DNA of 64,000 nt, from contig JAQTOU010000002.1 of NCBI GenBank assembly GCA_028713125.1, forward strand, positions 142,583 to 206,582. Direction: 5' to 3'. A program made the translations under genes and the position numbers. A model generated the notes under the pieces. The model was not told where the DNA came from. It was given only the letters and a program-made list of their open reading frames with translations, and did not search any database. Below, in pieces: positions 26,502 through 34,094 of the stretch; within the stretch, counting starts at the first letter, position 1, and each line of letters opens with the position of its first letter. The stretch comes from Elusimicrobiales bacterium (GTDB lineage: Bacteria; Elusimicrobiota; Elusimicrobia; Elusimicrobiales; UBA9959).

Positions 26502-29500
26502 ATGAACCGCATTATTTTTTCGCTTATCTTTTTCGCGCTGGCGTCCGTTTCTAACGCCTACGAAAAAATAGAATTTAAAGGCCAGATACTCAACCCCGCT
26601 TTCCTGAAGCCGGGCGCCCTGGCGGTGGCCAAGGGCAAGGTCTTCGTAGCCGACTCAAAGGCCAACGCCGTGTTCGTCTTCGACGGCGAGGGAAAATTCC
26701 TCAAGAAAATAGAGGGCGCCCTGAGGGAACCGATGTCGATCTCTTTCGGCGGCGGCAAGCTTTACGTAGCCGACACCGGCAACTCCCGCATAGTGGTTTT
26801 CGACACGGAAGGCAAGATGCTCTGGGCCTTTTCGAGCGAAGGCAACGCGCCCGGCCAGTTGAAGGCCCCCGCCGGCATAGCCTACGGGCCGGACGAGAGG
26901 GTCTACGTTTCCGATACGGACAATTCCCGGGTCGCCATTTTCAACTCCGACGGTATCTACCTCTACGGCTTCCCCGTGGCCAAGCAGGACGGCGTCACCA
27001 AGCTTAATCCCGCCAAGATCGTGCTCGACCGCACCGGCGATATTTTCATCTCCGACCCTGAGAAGACGACGGTCCAGAAGTATGACAGGACCGGCAAGCT
27101 GCTCAAGGAATACCAGATGGCCAACAATGGCCTGGCCACGGACAAGTACGGCTCTATTTACGCGATAAATTCCAAAGAGGGCAAGGTCAAGGAAGTTTCT
27201 CCTGCCGGCGAAGTTATCGGTACCTTCGGCACCAGGGGAAAAGGGAAGAGCGAATTCAAGAACCTGCGCGACATCGCTATAGACGAAGCCGGGCTGATCT
27301 ATCTCAGCGACGACGATAACAAGAAAGTCGTCATGATCAGGCTCGAGGGCGTCGAGACCGGGGAAGGGCTGCCCATGGCCTCCATCCTCGACCGGTTCAC
27401 CGTAAAGGGGCCCGTGTCCAAGGCCTCTTTCAAGGCCGACGTTTTCACCGTCACCCCGGACGGCAAGATAGTCGCTTACCTGCCGGAAGCCAAAGAGATC
27501 GCTCTTATCGACGGCGGCACCAAGAAGACGCTTATCAAGGAAGGCAAGCTGCAGGGGCAGGTCCGCCAGCCCCGCGGCATTTTCGTGGACGCCAAGGGCC
27601 TGATCTACGTGGCCGACACCGGCAACGACCGGGTCCAGATCTTCAAGGCGGACGGCTCCTTTGACAACATGTTCGGCGAGAGCGGTTCCGACGAGGGCCA
27701 GTTCAGGCAGCCGTCCTCCGTGGCGGTGAACAGCAAGGGCAATATTTTCGTGGCCGACACCAAGAACAAGAAGATAAAGGCGTTCAACGCCGACGGGATG
27801 TTCCTTTTCGCCACGGACCCGAGCATAGTGTTCGCCAACCCGGTCGCGGTGCGCTGCGACGAGAACAAGAACGTCTATGTTCTGGACTCCGTGCTTAAAA
27901 AAGTGATAGTCCTCAACGATATGGGCAAGTTCCTGCGCACCTGGGACGATTCCGGGAACCTGCAGGATCCCGCCTCCCTCGTCTACGACGGCAAGGGCTT
28001 CTTCTACATCCTGGACAAAGGCTCCTTTAACGTCAAGATCTTCGACGACGCCGGCGCTTTCACGGCCAGTTTCTTCGCCAAGGGCAAAGGCGAGCGCGAG
28101 CTCTGGGCTCCCCAGTCAATGGCTTTCCGCAACGACAAGATCTACATTTCCGACCCGGAGAACGTCCGGATCCAGGCCTTCAGCATCAGCTACCTGCCTC
28201 CGCCTCCCGTCGAATTGAAGGCCGAGGTAGGGGCGAAGAGCGTAAAGCTTTCCTGGAACGCCAAGAGCAACGCCTGGACGGGCGGGTTCAAGGTTTTCCG
28301 CGGCCTGGGCAAGGCCGACCCGGTAGAGATCGGCGGCGGAAAAGATAAAGCTTTCGAAGACACCGGGCTTACCGCCGAAGGCGTCTATTCCTATTACGTG
28401 GCCGGGCTGTCGGCCACGGGCGCGAAGGGCGGGCTTTCCGCCGCGGTAGAGGCCGACTTCAAGCTGCCGGAAGCTCCCAAAGCGGCGGCGGCGCCGGCGG
28501 CAGCGGCTTCCGAGGCCTCAGCGAACAAGAACGTCGCCCCGATGGAGATCCTGGCGCCGGACCTCAGCTACATCTTCTCCGCCAACTACAAGTATTACCA
28601 GAAGAACCCGGTCGGCAAGATCACGGTGAAGAACAACACCGACAGCGATTTCACCAACGTGAAACTGTCGTTCTTCTTCAAGGACTTCATGGACTTCCCG
28701 AGCGACACGATCGTGGAAGAGGTGAAAGCGCATTCGCAGACCGACGTGGCCCTGTCCGCCACGCTCAATAACCGGATACTCAATATCAACGAGGACACGC
28801 CCATCCAGTGCCAGCTCACGCTGACCTATTACCAGGACGGCGCCGAGAAGACCGCCACGCTGAACAAGCCCGTCAAAGTGCTTTCCAAGAACGCCATAGT
28901 GTGGGACAATTCGGCCAGGCTGGCAAACTTCATAACCATCAAGGACACCCCGATCATGGCTTTCAGGGCTTTCGCCCTGGGCGAGAAGAAGAAATTCGAA
29001 GCGGAAGCCGACCTGCTCGACGACAGCATCCTGACCGCGCTGATGTCGTGGGAGGCTTTGGGCGAATACGGTATTTCTTACCTGGCCGACCCCGCGAACC
29101 CCTACGCGACGATCAAGTCCACGGAGAACCTGGTGCTGGACACCGTGCAGTTCCCGCGCAATACGCTGCAGCTCAAGAGCGGCGACTGCGACGACCTTAC
29201 CGCGCTGTTCGCCAGCATATTCGAGGCTTCCGGCCTCCACGTGGCGCTGCTGGACTTCCCCGGCCACATAGCCCTGATGTTCGACACCGGCGAGACCGAC
29301 GCGAACGCGGTGGGCCTGCCCGAGGACTACCTGATAAAATACAACAATACCTGGTGGGTGGGCGTAGAGACCACAATGGTGGGCAAGAGCTTCCAGGATT
29401 CCATCCTGCACGTGGCCGACCTTTACAAGAAGATGGACAAGGACGTGAAGGTCATCGACGTAAGGGCCTCCTGGAACGAGTTCGAGCCGGTCACCCTGCC

Positions 29501-29972
29501 CGAGACCCAGGCGGATACCTACTCGTCGGCGGCGCTGCCGGACCGCATCAAGGGGGCCATCGAGTCCCTTATGGCCGCCCGCTACGACTACCTGAAGAAA
29601 TACTACGGCCGCATATTGCAGGAAATGCCCGGGGATATAGAGACCAACCTCAGCCTGGGCATAGTGCACGCGCAGTACAAGGCTTATGACGCGGCCGCAG
29701 GCTGCTTCAAGAAGGTCCTCGACAAGGAGCCGTTCAACGCAGGAGCGCTCAACAACATGGGCAATTTGAGCTTCACGGAAGGCAAGTACGACGAGGCCAA
29801 GGACTATTATTTCAAAGCCTCCAAGGCCGACCCTTTCGACGGCAATATCTGGCTTAACCTGGCCAGGGTTTCCGGGAAGCTCGGGAAAAAAGACGACGTG
29901 AAGACCTTCGCCGAGCGGGCGGCGAAGATAGAGCCCGAGCTCAAGAGTATCGGGGATAAATTGTCCAAGTGA
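26502..29972 (+). CDS. Secreted multidomain protein: two NHL-repeat beta-propellers, FN3, transglutaminase-like Cys-protease core, C-terminal TPR
   Basis: ATG at 26502 with GGGGAGG upstream and signal peptide MNRIIFSLIFFALASVSNA. About 11 NHL blades (YVADTGNSRIVVFD...). FN3 segment (VKLSWNAKSN...YSYYV). SGDCDDLTALFASIFEASGLHVALLDFPGHIALM. TPR-like tail. Confidence 0.8.
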   Translation: MNRIIFSLIFFALASVSNAYEKIEFKGQILNPAFLKPGALAVAKGKVFVADSKANAVFVFDGEGKFLKKIEGALREPMSISFGGGKLYVADTGNSRIVVFDTEGKMLWAFSSEGNAPGQLKAPAGIAYGPDERVYVSDTDNSRVAIFNSDGIYLYGFPVAKQDGVTKLNPAKIVLDRTGDIFISDPEKTTVQKYDRTGKLLKEYQMANNGLATDKYGSIYAINSKEGKVKEVSPAGEVIGTFGTRGKGKSEFKNLRDIAIDEAGLIYLSDDDNKKVVMIRLEGVETGEGLPMASILDRFTVKGPVSKASFKADVFTVTPDGKIVAYLPEAKEIALIDGGTKKTLIKEGKLQGQVRQPRGIFVDAKGLIYVADTGNDRVQIFKADGSFDNMFGESGSDEGQFRQPSSVAVNSKGNIFVADTKNKKIKAFNADGMFLFATDPSIVFANPVAVRCDENKNVYVLDSVLKKVIVLNDMGKFLRTWDDSGNLQDPASLVYDGKGFFYILDKGSFNVKIFDDAGAFTASFFAKGKGERELWAPQSMAFRNDKIYISDPENVRIQAFSISYLPPPPVELKAEVGAKSVKLSWNAKSNAWTGGFKVFRGLGKADPVEIGGGKDKAFEDTGLTAEGVYSYYVAGLSATGAKGGLSAAVEADFKLPEAPKAAAAPAAAASEASANKNVAPMEILAPDLSYIFSANYKYYQKNPVGKITVKNNTDSDFTNVKLSFFFKDFMDFPSDTIVEEVKAHSQTDVALSATLNNRILNINEDTPIQCQLTLTYYQDGAEKTATLNKPVKVLSKNAIVWDNSARLANFITIKDTPIMAFRAFALGEKKKFEAEADLLDDSILTALMSWEALGEYGISYLADPANPYATIKSTENLVLDTVQFPRNTLQLKSGDCDDLTALFASIFEASGLHVALLDFPGHIALMFDTGETDANAVGLPEDYLIKYNNTWWVGVETTMVGKSFQDSILHVADLYKKMDKDVKVIDVRASWNEFEPVTLPETQADTYSSAALPDRIKGAIESLMAARYDYLKKYYGRILQEMPGDIETNLSLGIVHAQYKAYDAAAGCFKKVLDKEPFNAGALNNMGNLSFTEGKYDEAKDYYFKASKADPFDGNIWLNLARVSGKLGKKDDVKTFAERAAKIEPELKSIGDKLSK

Positions 29973-30026
29973 GGCGGATGGCCGTCTGGGGGGCATAGCC
30001 CTTTGGCCGTCTGAGGAGCAGAGCTC

Positions 30027-30055
30027 TTGATACGGCATGGCCATAGGCCTAATAC
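30027..30055 (+). promoter_or_regulatory. Candidate sigma70-type promoter
   Basis: TTGATA (30027-30032) - 17 nt - TAATAC (30050-30055), 57 nt upstream of the ATG at 30113. Confidence 0.4.
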
Positions 30056-30112
30056 GGCACAAGATAGTGGCGAGACGCCACTAGCATAGCTTCGGAACGG
30101 GAGGGTATTCTT

Positions 30113-30601
30113 ATGAAAAAAGCATTAATAGCGCTGGCGCTGATCTTCGCGGTGGGCGTGGTCCACGCGGAAACAGGCAAAGACTGGAAGGGCTGGTATA
30201 GCACCATGCTCAAGGGCCTTAAGACCAAGGTGCAGAAAAAGCTCGAGTCCAAGACCCGCGTGAGCGCGGTCGCGGCCGTGCGCGGCGCGAAGCAGGGCGA
30301 GGACGCGAACGCGCTTTACTGGAAAGGCGGCGTTTCGGAGAAGGCCCAGAAGAAACTGGCCGAAGAGAAGAAACAGCTGACCGACGCCGTGGAGCTGGTA
30401 GTCGGAGGGGACGTAGAGGGCGGACGCGCCGCCCTTAAAAAGTTCCTGAAGGATAACCCGGAGAGCTTCTTCGCGCAGGACGCGAAAGAGGCGCTGGACA
30501 ACCTGCCGGCCGCCGAAGTAAAACCCGAGGAAACCAAGCCTGAAGCTCCCGCCGAGGAGCCGGCCGCCGAGGAAAAGCCCGCGGCAAAAACCGGAAAGTA
30601 A
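30113..30601 (+). CDS. Secreted Lys/Glu/Ala-rich hypothetical protein
   Basis: GGGAGGG RBS. Signal peptide MKKALIALALIFAVGVVHA. Charged helical body and Pro/Glu/Ala tail. Confidence 0.7.
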   Translation: MKKALIALALIFAVGVVHAETGKDWKGWYSTMLKGLKTKVQKKLESKTRVSAVAAVRGAKQGEDANALYWKGGVSEKAQKKLAEEKKQLTDAVELVVGGDVEGGRAALKKFLKDNPESFFAQDAKEALDNLPAAEVKPEETKPEAPAEEPAAEEKPAAKTGK

Positions 30602-30620
30602 TTCCCGGTTCGTGGCAAAT

Positions 30621-30649
30621 AAAAAACCCCGCCCGGGCGGGGTTTTTTA
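30621..30649. terminator. Bidirectional Rho-independent terminator
   Basis: AAAAAA-CCCCGCCCGGGCGGGG-TTTTTT palindrome between convergent genes. Confidence 0.85.
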
Positions 30650-30666
30650 TTTGTCTTCGATAATTC

Positions 30667-31602
30667 TCAATCGTCCAGCGGCTCGTCCTGGGCCGGGGCG
30701 GCTTTAAGGGGCTCCTGCGTGGCGGGGCCTGCCGGGGCGGCGGGAGCCTGTTGTGCCGCCGGGGGCTGCTGCTGGGTCGTGGGAACCACCCAGGTCTGGT
30801 CCGGTTTCTCGGGGACGAGCGCGGGTTCGGACGACGAGGGCGCTCCTTCCAATACCTGGCCTTCGGGGAGCCAGGTCCTGTCCGGCTGCACGGGCGGGCC
30901 GGACATGGCCGGCGTTTCTCTTTCCGGCTGCGCGGCTTTAGGCGGGAGGTCCCGAGGGGCCGCCCCGGCCGCTTTCAGCTTCGCGTAAACGTCGGTGGCG
31001 GAGCGCCAGAGCATCTGCCTCAGCAGGCCGCTCTCGCGGGCCCCGGGCGAAAAGAAGGGGTAAAGCGGGGCCATCAGCAGGTGGAAAGTAGTTTTGTGAC
31101 GCGCCTCGGTCTCGACGCGCAGGGTGCCGGTAGAAACGGCGAAGTCGGCGGTGAGATAATAGTTGACCCGCAGCGATGAGGGAATAATGAAGATGAAACT
31201 GGTGTCCACCAGGTAGGAGCGGAAAAGGTCGCCGTAAGTCCACCGCCCGAAGCTGGTGAGCTCGAGGCGAAGGGTCCCGCGGCCGCGCGCTTTGTCGTAA
31301 AGGCCGGCCTCCGAGAAGACTTCCCTGGCCTTCCGGCCCAGGGCGGCGGCGTCGGCCGGCTCGACCGGCAGCGGCTTTATCTTTTTCGGCCTTGTCGAGC
31401 CTTCTCCTATGGAATCAGTCGGAGCGCGGTAAGGGAAGTTCTGCCAGTAAACCTGTATTTCGGAAAAAGGGATGATCTCTTTGTCCTCGAGCATAGCCCG
31501 CGCGGTGGAGCGCTCTACGCGTATATCACCGGAATTAAAGGAGGCGCAGCCGAAGAAAGCCGGGAGGGCCGCCAGGAGCAGGAGCAGTTTAATTGTTTTC
31601 AT
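30667..31602 (-). CDS. Hypothetical lipoprotein with Pro/Ala/Gln-rich C-terminus
   Basis: MKTIKLLLLLAALPAFFGC lipobox-like signal. No family recognised. Confidence 0.65.
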   Translation of the reverse strand: MKTIKLLLLLAALPAFFGCASFNSGDIRVERSTARAMLEDKEIIPFSEIQVYWQNFPYRAPTDSIGEGSTRPKKIKPLPVEPADAAALGRKAREVFSEAGLYDKARGRGTLRLELTSFGRWTYGDLFRSYLVDTSFIFIIPSSLRVNYYLTADFAVSTGTLRVETEARHKTTFHLLMAPLYPFFSPGARESGLLRQMLWRSATDVYAKLKAAGAAPRDLPPKAAQPERETPAMSGPPVQPDRTWLPEGQVLEGAPSSSEPALVPEKPDQTWVVPTTQQQPPAAQQAPAAPAGPATQEPLKAAPAQDEPLDD

Positions 31603-31688
31603 GTCGTGATATCAGTCATTCAGAAAAGCCGCATCATTTTATATACTATATTATACAGTTGTATCCATCAAGGGGTGCAGGGGAGCAT

Positions 31689-32885
31689 ATGGCGCTTAAA
31701 AAAATAGAGAAGATCATAAAGACCGAGGGCAAGCCGGATATTATCATCAGGCTGGCCAAGGTGCAGGACATGCGCCGCATCCAGATGCTTTACGCCGAGA
31801 TCTACGGCGGCAGCTATTCCGTGCCGATCGTCACCGACAAAGAGAAGATGCGCCACGCCATAGAGGACAACGACTACTACTGGCTGGTGGCCGAATGCCA
31901 GGACCGCGTTGTGGGCAGCCTTGTCTACGCGCTGGACCTGACCTACAGGAACTCGAAAGCTTTCGGCGCGGTGGTCAGCCAGGAGTTCAGGAAGCACAAC
32001 CTGGCCTTCATGATGATGAAGCTGGTCCTCGACGACATCACTACAAACAAGGACCTGGTGGACCTGGTCTACGCCACCACCCGCACCGCTAACCACGCCC
32101 CGCAGAAACTGACCGAGAGCCTTGGTTTCATAAAGCTGGGCATCTTCCCGAACACCCACAAAGTGCAGGACAACGAGACTCACTGCCTGACCGCCTACCT
32201 TACCGAAAAAGCGCTGCAGCGCCGCCGGCGGAAGCCGCGCATCATTCCCGAAGTCGCGCCCTTCTATGATATCGTCCGCAAGCAGATCGCCCTGGAGAGG
32301 CCGCAGATAAAGAACGTGAAAGGGGAGTACAGCGACCATACCCAGAAGATCCCGCTGCTCAATTTCGAGGCTATCACCGCTCCCGAGTTCATAAAGCACC
32401 GGTACAAGAAGATCAAGCAGACCAGTTTCTTCGAGCATACGGTAATGCCTTTCCACGACCCGAACCTGCTTCTTATAACCCCGGACCAGGGAACCGAGGT
32501 CTACATGACCTTCAACGCGAAGGACAAGTACAGCGTGGTGGTCGCCGGCATGACCAATGAGAAAAGCTTCGCGGTGGTGCTGGAAAGCATAGCCCGCAAG
32601 GTCAGCGAAATGGGCATGGCCTACGTCGAGGTCATCATCGACGCCTACTCGCCCGCCATCCAGCGGGACGCGCTGGACGCGCGCTTCATCCCCAGCGCCT
32701 ATTTTCCGTGCGCGAAGCGGATGGGCGGCAAGCGCTACGACTGCGTGATCTTCTCCCGCACTTTCGAAGTGCTGGACTTCCGCAACGTGAAGATCATTTC
32801 GCTCTACAAGAACTTCCTCCGCGAATACCTCAAGCTCTGGCGCGAGAACTACATCGAGCTGGTCTTCAAGACGGACCAGAAATAG
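31689..32885 (+). CDS. GNAT-family N-acyltransferase (apparent tandem GNAT-like halves), 398 aa
   Basis: ATG at 31689 (the track start at 31593 adds an implausible 32 aa). YWLVAECQDRVVGSLVYALD...VVSQEFRKHNLAFMMMKLVL...ESLGFIKLG is GNAT-like. The second half is less certain. Confidence 0.6.
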   Translation: MALKKIEKIIKTEGKPDIIIRLAKVQDMRRIQMLYAEIYGGSYSVPIVTDKEKMRHAIEDNDYYWLVAECQDRVVGSLVYALDLTYRNSKAFGAVVSQEFRKHNLAFMMMKLVLDDITTNKDLVDLVYATTRTANHAPQKLTESLGFIKLGIFPNTHKVQDNETHCLTAYLTEKALQRRRRKPRIIPEVAPFYDIVRKQIALERPQIKNVKGEYSDHTQKIPLLNFEAITAPEFIKHRYKKIKQTSFFEHTVMPFHDPNLLLITPDQGTEVYMTFNAKDKYSVVVAGMTNEKSFAVVLESIARKVSEMGMAYVEVIIDAYSPAIQRDALDARFIPSAYFPCAKRMGGKRYDCVIFSRTFEVLDFRNVKIISLYKNFLREYLKLWRENYIELVFKTDQK

Positions 32886-32924
32886 GCGGGACAATAGAGT
32901 TTTTGCCTTATAAGGAGACAAGCC

Positions 32925-34094
32925 GTGGCCGACCTTTCTGTTGAAGACAAGCTTCCGCCTTTTTACAAGCCGCTTAAGAGCCGGGCGGCCGTTGACGCTT
33001 TCTTTGAAACCCCGGCTTTTGAGTATTCGCCGCTTACCTCCAAGGCTTTCTGCGCCGCGATGCGCGCGGCGCTGGCTTTCCAGGGCGGGCGCGCGCCGGT
33101 ATTAAAGGCGCTCTATAAAGCGGAAGGGTTCGACCCCGCCTCCGTGAAAACGGAGAAGGATATCGCGAATATTCCTTTTATCTTCGTGTCCGCCCTTAAA
33201 GAGCGCGACCTGACTACCCTTCCTTATTCGAAGATAGTGCTTGAGCTTAAATCGAGCGGAACGTCGGGGCAGCGCAGCCGGATGCAGCTCGACAAAGGCT
33301 CGCTGATGCGGGTGCGCCGCATGGCCTGGCAGGTTTTCGCCGGGCTCGGGCTGACGGACCTTGAGCGCGCCCACGACTATATCTGCTTCACCTACGACCC
33401 GGAAGTGGCCAAGGACCTTGGCACGGCCTGGACGGACAAGCTTCTATCCGGCTTCACGAAAAAAGGGGAGATCTTTTACACTTTCCGCTGGAGCAAAGAG
33501 AAGAAAGATTTTTATTTTGACCTGGACGGAGCGGTGCTGGCCATGAAGAAATTCGAGGAAGCCGGCTCGCTGGTGCGGCTGGTCGGTTTCCCCGCTTTCG
33601 CGCTTAAACTGACCGAAGAATTCAAAAAGCGCTACGGCCGCTACCCGGAACTCAACCCTGAGTCCAGCGTGGTGACCGGCGGCGGCTGGAAGACCCTGGC
33701 CGACGAGGCCATGGACAAGAAAGTCTACCGCAAGATCCTGGCGGACAATCTGGGCGTGCCGGTGGAGAACGTAAGGGACCTGTTCGGCATGGTGGAGCAC
33801 GGCGTGCCCTACGTGGACTGCCGGCTCGGGAATTTCCATGTGCCGAACTACGGCCGCATCATAGCGCGCCATCCCGGCACGCTTGAGCCGCTTGGCTATA
33901 ACAAGGTCGGGCTGCTGCAGTTCATCACGCCTTACCTCGCCAGCTATCCTTCGCTTTCCGTCCTCTCCTCCGATTTCGGTCTGCTGCGCCCGAAGTGCGC
34001 CTGCGGCCTGCCCGGCCCGGTGCTCGAAATAAAAGGCCGCGCCGGAGTTACAAAACTGAAAGGCTGCGCGATCTCCGCCGCGACGATGCTATGA
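32925..34094 (+). CDS. LuxE-like acyl-protein synthetase (adenylate-forming)
   Basis: GTG start with GGAG 7 nt upstream. IPFIFVSALKERDL...LKSSGTSGQRSRMQLD matches the LuxE-family 'FK....SSGTTG..S' region. The length is typical. Confidence 0.7.
   Translation: MADLSVEDKLPPFYKPLKSRAAVDAFFETPAFEYSPLTSKAFCAAMRAALAFQGGRAPVLKALYKAEGFDPASVKTEKDIANIPFIFVSALKERDLTTLPYSKIVLELKSSGTSGQRSRMQLDKGSLMRVRRMAWQVFAGLGLTDLERAHDYICFTYDPEVAKDLGTAWTDKLLSGFTKKGEIFYTFRWSKEKKDFYFDLDGAVLAMKKFEEAGSLVRLVGFPAFALKLTEEFKKRYGRYPELNPESSVVTGGGWKTLADEAMDKKVYRKILADNLGVPVENVRDLFGMVEHGVPYVDCRLGNFHVPNYGRIIARHPGTLEPLGYNKVGLLQFITPYLASYPSLSVLSSDFGLLRPKCACGLPGPVLEIKGRAGVTKLKGCAISAATML

Noticed and set aside
28518-30062. 514-aa minus-strand ORF antisense to the 3' part of the NHL/TPR gene
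   Set aside because: Shadow ORF. No motifs, and it crosses the intergenic promoter region.
31668-32921. 417-aa minus-strand ORF antisense to the GNAT gene; likewise 11019..12137 (+) and 52786..53970 (+) antisense to the phosphoesterase and aminotransferase
   Set aside because: Shadow ORFs. The opposite-strand genes carry clear catalytic motifs.
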